NCBI GenBank assembly: GCA_029856365.1
Contig: JAHQWW010000019.1
Coordinates: 1-47,413, forward strand
Direction of reading: 5' to 3'
Source of the DNA: Candidatus Hodarchaeota archaeon
GTDB taxonomy: Archaea > Asgardarchaeota > Heimdallarchaeia > Hodarchaeales > Hodarchaeaceae
DNA: 47,413 bases
Shown: piece by piece, positions 9,909 to 19,472 of the stretch
Position numbering within the stretch: position 1 is the first letter of the stretch
Layout of the letters: each line of letters starts with the position of its first letter
Position numbers and translations under genes: made by a program
Notes under the pieces: generated by a model
Databases searched by the model: none
What the model was told of the DNA's origin: nothing
Seen by the model: only the letters and a program-made list of their open reading frames with translations

Positions 9909-10517
9909 GTGAGGAAAATGGCTAAAGAAGAAGCTTCAACAATTGACCCTAAAGTATTATCAGAATTCCAAGACGCAATTAAGAAAGCTTCTGCTTTGGC
10001 TGAAGATGGGAAATATAAAAAGGCAATTAACCTTCTTCAAGGAAGTTTAGAAGAAGCAGTAAAGCTTGATTTTATACAGCCAGAGGTCAATATCCGGAAT
10101 TCTCTTGGAATTTTGCACTGGAAAAATAACTCCTTTAACGATTTTTTAGAGATAACCGCAGAGTCATTAGCTTTAGCCCGAGTACATAACTATAAGAAAG
10201 GAGTGGCAGAGGCATTACTGAATTTAGCTTGGGTACTAGCAATGGAAAAAAAGGATTTTATTAGATCCTTTGATCTTACTGAAGAAGCTCTAATTGTTAC
10301 AGAAGATTTAGGGTATGAGAAGGGTATAGCGACATCAATGTATATTATATCAACCGCTTACAAACATAAAAAGATGGACGACAAAGCGCAATATTACCTG
10401 GAGAGGAGTTTGGCTATATCAATGAGGCTAGCAGAGGTAGATCTATTAATTCCCAGTGAAGCAGGATTGACTGAAGAGGAGAAAGAACAGCTAAAAGATG
10501 CACTCGATCTACTGTAA
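9909..10517 (+). CDS. Tetratricopeptide repeat protein
   Basis: Repeats such as NSLGILHWK, ALARVHNYKKGVAEALLNLA, EDLGYEKGIATSM and AQYYLERSLAI. Confidence 0.85.
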   Translation: MRKMAKEEASTIDPKVLSEFQDAIKKASALAEDGKYKKAINLLQGSLEEAVKLDFIQPEVNIRNSLGILHWKNNSFNDFLEITAESLALARVHNYKKGVAEALLNLAWVLAMEKKDFIRSFDLTEEALIVTEDLGYEKGIATSMYIISTAYKHKKMDDKAQYYLERSLAISMRLAEVDLLIPSEAGLTEEEKEQLKDALDLL

Positions 10518-10881
10518 TCAATAAACATAGATTTTACACATATCTTAATTGTCGAGCTTTTCTCGAAATTTAAGTAGTCATTGCCACTTTAATAAATTCT
10601 AAAATAGTAATTTTAAAATTAATATTAGGTTATAATTATAAAGAAAACCTTAGAAAAATGAATCAATTTTTATTGAAACTTTTATTTTACTCTTAGCGAA
10701 TCTATGAAAACATGAAATTCATAATAATTAGAGAAGCTCTTTAAGTCATAAGAAATGTCTATTAGAAAAAGACTGATTTATCAAGACTAATCTATCAACC
10801 TTTTCTCTTATTTAGGTTCAAAAACAATAGAAAAATGAATTAAAAAATTAAAATCTCAGCATCTGAATAAAAAGAAATGAT

Positions 10882-11295
10882 ATGGTGAATATGGCGAGAA
10901 TCCTTCTTGTCGATGACGAGCGAGATCTTCTAATGATTTATACAAAGCTCCTGATGATGGAAGGTCATGATGTGGTTGACAGCGCTAGTAATGGCAAAGA
11001 AGCTATTAAAAAATTCTCTGAATTGCCCATAAAACCAGATATCATTATCATGGATTACAGAATGCCAGTTCTAGATGGATTAGTAGCGATGAAGGAAATT
11101 CTCAAGAAAACTCCTGAAGCTAAGGTTCTATTCGTTAGTGCTGAGAAAAGAGTTGAGAAAGAAGCTTTTGAAGCAGGTGCGATCGGTTTTTTCACAAAAC
11201 CAACGAGTATCCGTACCTTATTAGCGGAAATAGATCGCATACAACAACTCCAGGCTCAGGTTTTGAGACAAAGGAACTCGAAAGAAGAGACATGA
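10882..11295 (+). CDS. Stand-alone response regulator receiver (CheY-like)
   Basis: ILLVDDE, PDIIIMDYRMPVLDG, VSA and GFFTKP. Confidence 0.93.
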   Translation: MVNMARILLVDDERDLLMIYTKLLMMEGHDVVDSASNGKEAIKKFSELPIKPDIIIMDYRMPVLDGLVAMKEILKKTPEAKVLFVSAEKRVEKEAFEAGAIGFFTKPTSIRTLLAEIDRIQQLQAQVLRQRNSKEET

Positions 11296-11300
11296 CAGTT

Positions 11301-12371
11301 TTAATCGAAAAATTTGTCAAGAACTATCTTAGGGGTTTTTTGCGCTTGTTTTTCTTCTAGGTGTTTCAGATGTTTGATCCATGATCTTGTTATTTTTTCA
11401 GGAAAATAACGATGTATTTCTCCCATGAGTGAATCAAAAGTTAATAATGGCTCCTCTCTTAGTCGGTCATAAAAAAACTTCATAATTCTGAAAAATTGAC
11501 TTGTTCCAAAGACTTTATACTGTGCTTCGATGGTAGGAGAACTCCATTCTTCTATAATCCTATTATGTATTAACTCTACATAATCAGTATTGATTTCATA
11601 ACCTATCCCTCTTCTTGATGTTATTCGACACATTTTAAGTGTGGTTCCAGAACCTAAAAACGGATCTAGAACGGTTTCACCTATAGTGGTATGCATTCGA
11701 ATCAGTCTAAAAGGGATATCTTCAGGAAATGGTGCTGAATGTCCGAAACGGTTTTGACCTTTTGAGTCGATTTTAAAAACAGGGACAATATCGTCCCAGA
11801 AGCATCTTACGGCCCAATGACGCCATTCACTTTTTGTAAGAACACTCTGAGCCAAGATATCTTTTGAAACCATCCGTGTTTTCCCAGGTTTGACCCAAAC
11901 AAAAATTTGTTCAAAACCAGTATTAGAAGCGATATTAGTTGGTTTAGGGTAAGACCCCCATGAAACATTTGAAACATATTCTGATTTATCCCAGTAATGC
12001 ATACCTGAGAGATATAAACTGTTCTCTCGCATGAATTTCTCGACATCCCATATGATATTCTGTATTACTCGCCGATCAAATCCGGATCGACTACTTTCAA
12101 TGGGTAATGGTTGAATATTTATCGCAATTTTTCCATTGGGTTGCAAAACTCGGATGCATTCAGACCACACTCGGTTCAGAGAAGAGATATAGCTTTGATA
12201 ACTCTGGCCAAATCCTATCTGCTCTCCCCCATAATCTCGAACATTCCAATAAGGAGGGGAAGTCACAATTAAGGTTACAGATTCTGAAGGGATCTCCGAC
12301 ATACTCTCTGATGATTTGAAAAAGACCGTTTGGCCTTCAATTTCGATTTTATCGATTTTATTTGGTTTCAT
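11301..12371 (-). CDS. Site-specific DNA methyltransferase, beta class (probable N4-cytosine), orphan
   Basis: Motif IV VTSPPY precedes HSAPFP, motif I VLDPFLGSGTT and GYEIN. No restriction endonuclease is adjacent. Confidence 0.9.
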   Translation of the reverse strand: MKPNKIDKIEIEGQTVFFKSSESMSEIPSESVTLIVTSPPYWNVRDYGGEQIGFGQSYQSYISSLNRVWSECIRVLQPNGKIAINIQPLPIESSRSGFDRRVIQNIIWDVEKFMRENSLYLSGMHYWDKSEYVSNVSWGSYPKPTNIASNTGFEQIFVWVKPGKTRMVSKDILAQSVLTKSEWRHWAVRCFWDDIVPVFKIDSKGQNRFGHSAPFPEDIPFRLIRMHTTIGETVLDPFLGSGTTLKMCRITSRRGIGYEINTDYVELIHNRIIEEWSSPTIEAQYKVFGTSQFFRIMKFFYDRLREEPLLTFDSLMGEIHRYFPEKITRSWIKHLKHLEEKQAQKTPKIVLDKFFD

Positions 12372-12383
12372 TTCGGCTTCCTT

Positions 12384-12959
12384 TCATTTTATTCTCAAAT
12401 TGAGAGAATAAGTCTCTTCCATTGATTTTGATTTTCTCCAATATATAGGTTGGAATTTTTTCAGATCAATAGCCCATTCGTCAGTTATTGAGAGATCGAT
12501 CACCACGTCGACCACCTCTCCGATAAACAGGTCATGATCCCCTGTGACGATAATCCTCTGGAGCTCACACTCAAGATTGATTAAGCATTCTTTTATTCGT
12601 GGAGCATTAACTTTGTTTGAAGCTTCAACTGTAAAGCCAGCTTGCTTGAGTTTCTGAGGCTCCATTCGACCACTAACACTACCAACATAATGACTTCCCT
12701 CAACCTGTGTTATGTTGGGAATGTTTATAACATAATCTTTGTATCGGTTAATTAATTCATGAGAAAAACGCTTTTTTGCTATTGAAATTCCTATTAATGG
12801 AGGATCAACGGATAATGGGCAAGACCAAGCTATTGTTAAGGCATTTGGTTCTTTAATTGTTCCTGATGAAACTAAAACAGTGGGCCTTGGGTATAAATAA
12901 CGATAAGCAGCAGTTAAATCCGAAATTGGTTGTTTCATAGTTAATACTCCTTTATACAT
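12384..12959 (-). CDS. Flavin reductase family protein (DIM6/NTAB)
   Basis: YPRPTVLVS, NALTIAW, PPLIGISI, APRIKEC...LEC and GDHDLFIGEV. Confidence 0.9.
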   Translation of the reverse strand: MYKGVLTMKQPISDLTAAYRYLYPRPTVLVSSGTIKEPNALTIAWSCPLSVDPPLIGISIAKKRFSHELINRYKDYVINIPNITQVEGSHYVGSVSGRMEPQKLKQAGFTVEASNKVNAPRIKECLINLECELQRIIVTGDHDLFIGEVVDVVIDLSITDEWAIDLKKFQPIYWRKSKSMEETYSLNLRIK

Positions 12960-12970
12960 ATAATGAATGG

Positions 12971-13840
12971 TTAATTCTGTGAACGTAATTTTCTTAAAAG
13001 ATCTAGATTTTGTTTATCACCAATTTTGTCGTCTTTAGGGGTTTCTAGAACCATTGGTATTTTCTTATACCGGGGATTTTGCATTAGTTCTTTAAAACAG
13101 TCTAAGCCAATGTAACCTTTTCCAATGTGTTCATGATGATCTATTCCAGAACCCAGAGGGCCTTTAGAATCATTGATATGAAATAATTTAAGTTTATACT
13201 TACCTACCATTTCTTCGAGTTTATCAATAACTTCATTCAATCCTTCTGTAGTAGAGATGTCATAACCAGAGGAAAATGCATGCGCTGTATCAAAGCAAAC
13301 ACCGATATAATGTTCTTCCTGTACAAACCCTAAAATTTCCTCAAAATGATCAATCTTATTCCCCCATGTCTTTCTTTTAGCAGTTGAATTTTCTAGTAAA
13401 ATCATCGAAGGTTTCTTAATATACTTTCTAACTTTGTTTAAAGCTTCTGCTACACGTTTAGCAGCGAAATTTTCATCATGATCTTTTGGACTTCCTAAAT
13501 GTGTTATAACATAAGGAGTGTGTAACAGTGTCATCTTTTCTACTTCTTCAGTTAAGACTTCCACGGATTTTGTGAATAAATTGTCATCTGGAGAAGCGAG
13601 GTTTGGTAGATATGGCATATGAATGGCTGTATCGTAATAATTTGCCATTCTTGACTTTTCTATGAATGTCTGTATAGCTTCAGGGGTTAACTTTGTTGCT
13701 TCCCAGCGCCTAGGAGGCCGAGTGAAAATTTGTAGACATTCGCAGGTGCTTTGTATTCCACGATCAACTGCAAGATCAATTGATTTAGCAATTGATTTAT
13801 GAGCGCCAATTCGGGGGCCAATAATGTTTTCCTTAGCCAT
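12971..13840 (-). CDS. nfo: Endonuclease IV (AP endonuclease)
   Basis: IGAHKSIA, QIFT, HMPYLPNLAS, HLGS, LLENS, VCFDTAHAF, HINDSK, DHHEHIGKG and LETP. Confidence 0.95.
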   Translation of the reverse strand: MAKENIIGPRIGAHKSIAKSIDLAVDRGIQSTCECLQIFTRPPRRWEATKLTPEAIQTFIEKSRMANYYDTAIHMPYLPNLASPDDNLFTKSVEVLTEEVEKMTLLHTPYVITHLGSPKDHDENFAAKRVAEALNKVRKYIKKPSMILLENSTAKRKTWGNKIDHFEEILGFVQEEHYIGVCFDTAHAFSSGYDISTTEGLNEVIDKLEEMVGKYKLKLFHINDSKGPLGSGIDHHEHIGKGYIGLDCFKELMQNPRYKKIPMVLETPKDDKIGDKQNLDLLRKLRSQN

Positions 13841-13963
13841 ATATGAAATTCAACACCACTAAACAAAGATAGATTGGAAATTTGATATTTTTTTGTTTGC
13901 TACAAATATATAGTTGAGTAGAAGTTAAGACGATTTTGAACTCTATTAGACTTCCGTGATAAT

Positions 13964-14911
13964 ATGGGACAATTTCAGCTCAAGACAAAATGTCAGATCA
14001 GCTTAATTATTGCTACTTTTGCTGTATCTTGGGCTTCTATTTTCATTACAATTCTATTGGATAATGGTGTTCCTCCTGTTGTCATTGCTTTCTGGAGGTT
14101 ATGTTTCTCTGTTATTTTCCTTGTTCCTTCTATTTTGCGCCAAGAAATCAGAAATCAGTTTAAACCATATCTTAATTACACCTATCAACGATTTTTTGTT
14201 CTATCAGGGTTTTTTCTTTCTCTTCATTTCTTAAGCTGGATTCAAAGTTTAACATCTTTATCTGTCGCTGTATCCGTACTAGTGGTCAATTCCTCGCCAA
14301 TTTGGGTAGTTGTATTTTCTTTCTTAATATTACATGAGAAAATTACACCTAATCAGCTTATTGGTTTAATTCTTGGATTTTTAGGTTTATTCCTGATATC
14401 TTTAGCTCCCACTTCCCAACAGACCAGTACAATCCTTCCTGAAGGCATCTTGCTAGCATTATTTGGAGCTTTTATGGTTGCTTTTTATTTTATGATAGGC
14501 AAGCAGATGCGGACTCAACACACAGTTCCTAATATCCCTTATGTGTTCTTTGTAAACGCATTTTGCTCCATATTTTTGTTTCTTTTTTCATTTTTGTTGA
14601 GTGATAATATCCTTAGTTTTACTCCAACTGATCTTGTATGGTTTATTGCATTAGCCATAGGACCGAGCTTATTAGGACATGCACTATATATCTATGCTAT
14701 GAAGCACCTATCAGCTCAAACTGTGTCTTTAGCGGTAATTGGAGAAACTGTGGGAGCATCTTTATTGGCTTGGATCCTTTTTTCTCAAGTTTTACCACCA
14801 GTCACTCTAATTGGAGGATTCTTCGTATTATTTGGAATATATTTAGACGTTAAATTTGATATTTCTTCCAGTTTAAAGATAAACAAATCTAATACAATTA
14901 TTAATAAGTAA
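13964..14911 (+). CDS. DMT/EamA family transporter
   Basis: 10 TM in two EamA repeats; AFWRL, SLHFLSW and LHEKIT. Confidence 0.9.
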   Translation: MGQFQLKTKCQISLIIATFAVSWASIFITILLDNGVPPVVIAFWRLCFSVIFLVPSILRQEIRNQFKPYLNYTYQRFFVLSGFFLSLHFLSWIQSLTSLSVAVSVLVVNSSPIWVVVFSFLILHEKITPNQLIGLILGFLGLFLISLAPTSQQTSTILPEGILLALFGAFMVAFYFMIGKQMRTQHTVPNIPYVFFVNAFCSIFLFLFSFLLSDNILSFTPTDLVWFIALAIGPSLLGHALYIYAMKHLSAQTVSLAVIGETVGASLLAWILFSQVLPPVTLIGGFFVLFGIYLDVKFDISSSLKINKSNTIINK

Positions 14912-14944
14912 AATTTTAGTTTTAGTGGGAAATTATATTTTTTT

Positions 14945-17323
14945 TTAGATTTTACCTATGAATTTTCGATTATAAAGGAAAATACTGAGTACTCCAATCA
15001 CCAATATGCCTATAAAGAATAATGGTTCTACCCCACCAGTAGAAGAACTAGTTTCTGAGAGTTTTGTGCTGCGTGTGATAAATGTAGAATTATTTGGCTG
15101 ATCAAGATAATTAATGGATAAATTGAGAAGATTTGGTAAAATCGTATCAGGTACCATTTCAGGTTGAAAGAGAAAATTAATCAGTTTATACTCCCCAGTG
15201 TCGATATAATAACCTTTAGTGCCATATCCAAGAAATTCAGGAAATTTATCTTCAAGAATAGGAACGGTTCCAGATAATAGCTTAACGACTTCTCCATCAC
15301 TGCTTCGATTTGCCCGTAGTGAGTCAGTAGAACCTAATGTAAATGGGGGAAGTTTTTCTAAAAAGTCTAGGCCAGTTAATTCCGTTATAGATGCTCGAAA
15401 GTTTGTCGGACTTCGTGCTCGAAAAATCTCATCAATTTCATCATGGACTTTACTACCCTGATTGCTGAAGTCGAAAATATTGTAATTAGACATAAGAATG
15501 ATACGTGAAGGATCCATCGGAGTAGAGGATTCCAAGTATTGTTTAATTTCTTTAAATTCATTGTAATTAATATGTGAGTTAGATATAGGAGTAATTGCTG
15601 GATTTCCTATCCAAATAACATATTCGTAATCTCTCATCTCTTCTGCAGTGATCTCTGCATCAGTCAAAGAACTAGTTTGTAGAATTTCATATTGTCCAAG
15701 ATAATCTAATTCATCTAATGCAGAGAGAACAGAATTTTCTGACGCATGTCCTAGATCATCATCTACTACTAATATTATACCATCTATATTATCTACTTCA
15801 ACGTTTATGAAAGAGGAGTAGCCTATGTAAGGAATATTCGCATTATCTGAAACCCGAGCCCGAACTAGATGAGTTCCTTCTCTTACTCCTATTGTGTTCC
15901 ACCTAAAATTATATGTTCCTTCCAGTGCAGCAGGATTACAAGTCTGCCAGGGTCCATTGTCAATAGAAATCTCCGTTTGAGATATATTTGAAGTTAATGG
16001 CCCAGTGGTTGTGACCACTAAATCATAATACCCTTTTATAGAATTATTCGGTGGTTCTATTTCTACTTGAGGGATCTTGCTTTCATTTGTAACACGTAAA
16101 CAGTAAGAAAAATTTTCATATTTCTCTATCACTTGAATAGCCCACCCTTTGTTAGAACAATATGTTCCAATATCTCCATCAACCAAGGAAAATGCAGCGT
16201 CTTCTTTATTCCCACTTGTTTCTGGATGAGCATCAATCACATTCCAGGGAGGCCATTCATCTGATCCTACTTGAATTTGATTTGATGCGCGGGGACCAAC
16301 CTGAATTTCAGCGATAACAATTCCATGTTTTGGTAGATATCTATCAAAATCGATATTTTCCCGAACTGTAATTGTCCATCCTCGGCCATGTTCTGGATTG
16401 ATGAATCCTGTCGAATCCCACCCCAGTTCAAGCCACATGAAACCACTAGGTTCAGTTAAGGCTAGAGGATTAATAGTTGCAATGGTATCCATCGTGAAAT
16501 TAGATATTTGTAAACGATGGGTATTCGAAAGAAACTGAACAGAATTTGATTGTGAAATTTGACTATAATATTTATTCCAAATCGAGAAATGGCCTTCTCC
16601 ATAAGCCATAATATCATAAGGTCCAGCAAAGATGTTTTGATAGCTCTTGTAGTCATAAAGATCTGGAAAGTTAAGTTTGTGTCCTAATTCATGAGAAGGG
16701 GTTACATAATTTACATATTCATGATTCATAGAATATTCAATAGGATAACTTCCTTTGTGAGACCAGATGTCATTTGAATTTCCTGAATACTCTTGTCCAT
16801 CACCAGAATGAATTACGATCAAAAGATCATATTTTTGTGGATCTTTTTTAGCATTAATCGCAAGGGTTCTTGCCTCATCAGCAAGACCGTAATAAACAGA
16901 ATCTACCGTTGGTATGCTACCCAACCTCTCACCAGCTCCATAATGACTTAAGTTATGTTTAGCTTGAAACCAACCCAATATTTCTCCTTCCAAAATAACC
17001 TCCCCATAAGAAGTATTCAGAAAATATTGACTCACACTGTTGGTTTCAGAAGAAAAGAATAGATTCTCATAATATTGAATCGTATGAGTAGGATGGCGTG
17101 GATCATCAGGTAATTCCATAAGGACGACAAGTAATTTAAGAGTTGTACTTGCTATTTTATTATTGATTTGTCGTGATCTGAGTATAATTTCATCGTTTTT
17201 GTTGATACTTGAACAAATAGAACAAGAAATAACCACACTTGAAATAATAAGAAATATTAGAGAAAAAACCTGAAGGCTATTCACACAATTCACCATTTGA
17301 ATGACTAATAATAAGATTGTCAA
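14945..17323 (-). CDS. Secreted, membrane-anchored M6-family (immune inhibitor A-like) metalloprotease
   Basis: Signal peptide, SVSQYFLNTSYG, IHSGDGQE, IWSH, HELGH..FPDLYD and Met-turn DIMAYG. Then an Ig-like domain, an ILVVDDD domain, an S/T linker and a C-terminal TM with basic tail. The true start may be slightly downstream. Confidence 0.85.
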   Translation of the reverse strand: MTILLLVIQMVNCVNSLQVFSLIFLIISSVVISCSICSSINKNDEIILRSRQINNKIASTTLKLLVVLMELPDDPRHPTHTIQYYENLFFSSETNSVSQYFLNTSYGEVILEGEILGWFQAKHNLSHYGAGERLGSIPTVDSVYYGLADEARTLAINAKKDPQKYDLLIVIHSGDGQEYSGNSNDIWSHKGSYPIEYSMNHEYVNYVTPSHELGHKLNFPDLYDYKSYQNIFAGPYDIMAYGEGHFSIWNKYYSQISQSNSVQFLSNTHRLQISNFTMDTIATINPLALTEPSGFMWLELGWDSTGFINPEHGRGWTITVRENIDFDRYLPKHGIVIAEIQVGPRASNQIQVGSDEWPPWNVIDAHPETSGNKEDAAFSLVDGDIGTYCSNKGWAIQVIEKYENFSYCLRVTNESKIPQVEIEPPNNSIKGYYDLVVTTTGPLTSNISQTEISIDNGPWQTCNPAALEGTYNFRWNTIGVREGTHLVRARVSDNANIPYIGYSSFINVEVDNIDGIILVVDDDLGHASENSVLSALDELDYLGQYEILQTSSLTDAEITAEEMRDYEYVIWIGNPAITPISNSHINYNEFKEIKQYLESSTPMDPSRIILMSNYNIFDFSNQGSKVHDEIDEIFRARSPTNFRASITELTGLDFLEKLPPFTLGSTDSLRANRSSDGEVVKLLSGTVPILEDKFPEFLGYGTKGYYIDTGEYKLINFLFQPEMVPDTILPNLLNLSINYLDQPNNSTFITRSTKLSETSSSTGGVEPLFFIGILVIGVLSIFLYNRKFIGKI

Positions 17324-17375
17324 TGAGAATTTAAGAGATTCTTTTTCTCTTGTATTATAATTGAGGAGCTTTTTG

Positions 17376-18371
17376 ATGAAACCTGCGACTGTTAACCGAA
17401 TTATTGAGACTCTTTTAACAAAAATCGAGGCTAAAGATCAGGAGCAGGGGAGATTTCTAGTTCATGACGATTTTGAGCAATTAAATTCAAGAATTAATCT
17501 TTGGGCTATTCGTGAGAGTGTCCATGATCTTAAAGAAACCACGGTTACCGATTTGGTTGACATTCCTGATGATGTAGAAATTAAAGTGACGTTTGCTCCA
17601 CCATCATTCTTCATAGACGTTTTGGGAGGAAAAAAAAATGTTCCTTACTGGCAAGTGGCTACAGTAACACGTATTTTAAGGTCTAGTGATATTATTTTTG
17701 ATCCTAGGGGAAAATTACAACAGTGGGTAGATCAAGCTCCCCACATTGAATGGGATCCAGAGCTAATCGAGCTAAAACGTCAAACATCTTTGTTGTTATT
17801 GGATCGAATGAATAATCGTGTTAGAGAGGATATGTTAGCTGACGCTTTCATGTGGTTGATAAAAGCTGCAGAGGAAGCTATCTGTGTTCCTTTGATGGAA
17901 GCAAATGCGTTTAAAATCGGAACAGCAACACTATTATTGGATGTATTAAGAGATTTTGATATTGATCTTTACACTTTCTTTGTGAATTTATTGCGTATTC
18001 CATCTTTCACTCCTGAAAAGCTCGAAAATGCTAGAAAGGAGTTAGAAACATTAGCAGATCGCTTATATCAGTTAAACATCAAAACAGATCGTGAAATGTG
18101 GATATTAGCAGCTTTTGTTTCTATTAATGAATCAGAACGACGCTTAAACCAGAGTCAAAAAGCTGAAGCTGAATTCCCCACACGTCTTTTTGAAACAGCA
18201 GTTGGGGAATTATGGCAGGGATATTGGTTGGTCGCTCAAGATCCGAGAAAAGAAGTCAAACTGGACCCTTGGGTAATTGCTTCGTTTTGGAATCATTTTA
18301 GTTTTGCTGAGCTAGATGAGGAATGGTTGTTAGAGCAGGAGAAAAAGATTAAAGAATTGCTGCCTCATTAA
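17376..18371 (+). CDS. Hypothetical protein (possibly degenerate nucleotidyltransferase-like plus helical bundle)
   Basis: Long ORF; GAGGAG SD supports ATG at 17376. The segment ILRSSDIIFDPRGKL is followed by an all-helical region. Confidence 0.55.
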   Translation: MKPATVNRIIETLLTKIEAKDQEQGRFLVHDDFEQLNSRINLWAIRESVHDLKETTVTDLVDIPDDVEIKVTFAPPSFFIDVLGGKKNVPYWQVATVTRILRSSDIIFDPRGKLQQWVDQAPHIEWDPELIELKRQTSLLLLDRMNNRVREDMLADAFMWLIKAAEEAICVPLMEANAFKIGTATLLLDVLRDFDIDLYTFFVNLLRIPSFTPEKLENARKELETLADRLYQLNIKTDREMWILAAFVSINESERRLNQSQKAEAEFPTRLFETAVGELWQGYWLVAQDPRKEVKLDPWVIASFWNHFSFAELDEEWLLEQEKKIKELLPH

Positions 18372-18386
18372 CAAAATACTTGAGAT

Positions 18387-19313
18387 TTATTGATCTGATA
18401 AAAACCAATCCCAAGTTTTATTCATTCCAGTAGTTAGGTCGGTAGTAGATTTCCACCCTAACTTTTCATAAGCTTTTTTTGAATCTAATGCGATGTGATT
18501 GACATCTCCAGGCCGGGGGTTGCAAAATTTCTTGTATACGTCGAGTTTTGTAACATGTTCGATGATATTAACCAATTCTAATAGATTAGTCTGTTTTCCA
18601 GTTCCAGCATTAAATATACCAACGTGAGAGGAATTCATTGCCCTAACACAAATTTCTGTAATATCTTTTACATAAACATAATCTCGCGTATCTTTCCCAT
18701 CCCCAAAAATTTCAATAGGTTCGTTGTTTTTAATCCTTCCTAAAAAGATTGAAATAACTCCAGCTTCACCAAGAGGATCTTGTCTTGGACCATAAATATT
18801 CGCAGGCCTAATGATCGTATATAAGAGCCCATAAATATTGTGAAACCATTGTAGGTATTTTTCACCGACTAATTTGCTAATACCGTATGGTGAAATTGGC
18901 AATTCTTTGGTATTTTCTGAAGCAGGGATAACTGTAGGTTCACCGTAAATAGCTCCACCCGTAGATACATATATAAAACGTTTAACCGAGCAGTTAGCTA
19001 TAGCTTCTAGTAGGTTTATTGTCCCTTCAATGTTCACAGATGCGTCAAATCGTGGCTCTCGTACAGAACGATTAACCGAGATTTGGGCAGCTAAATGAAA
19101 AATATAATCAATATTTCTGACCGTTTCTTTAATAATATTTGGATCCCTTATATCTCCTTCCACAATTTTGATTTGATTTTTGACATTATCGAGATTTCTC
19201 TTCGTCCCAGTACTGAAATCGTCTAAACAAACCACTGAATGATTGTCCTGTAATAATCGCTCGATTAAATGGCTCCCTAGAAATCCTGCGCCACCTGTGA
19301 CTAAGCATTCCAT
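18387..19313 (-). CDS. NAD-dependent epimerase/dehydratase (UDP-glucose 4-epimerase-like)
   Basis: VTGGAGFLGSH, HLAAQ, STGGAIYG, YGISK, NIYGPRQDP and RDYVYV. Confidence 0.93.
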   Translation of the reverse strand: MECLVTGGAGFLGSHLIERLLQDNHSVVCLDDFSTGTKRNLDNVKNQIKIVEGDIRDPNIIKETVRNIDYIFHLAAQISVNRSVREPRFDASVNIEGTINLLEAIANCSVKRFIYVSTGGAIYGEPTVIPASENTKELPISPYGISKLVGEKYLQWFHNIYGLLYTIIRPANIYGPRQDPLGEAGVISIFLGRIKNNEPIEIFGDGKDTRDYVYVKDITEICVRAMNSSHVGIFNAGTGKQTNLLELVNIIEHVTKLDVYKKFCNPRPGDVNHIALDSKKAYEKLGWKSTTDLTTGMNKTWDWFLSDQ

Positions 19314-19472
19314 AGATAATCCTCAAAACCGTTATGATATTCAAACCTTTTCCGTAGTTATGGTTTTCAAGAACAAGTCATAAGGTTTAATTTTAATCGC
19401 AAATTGCAATTACAACTATAAGAAAAGGAAAATTACGTCTTTTTTCGATGATTTTATTAACTTATGATATAA

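Noticed and set aside
8923-12371. Restriction-modification system formed by the MTase and the SfsA nuclease
   Set aside because: SfsA is not a cognate REase, is pseudogenised and is separated by two genes.
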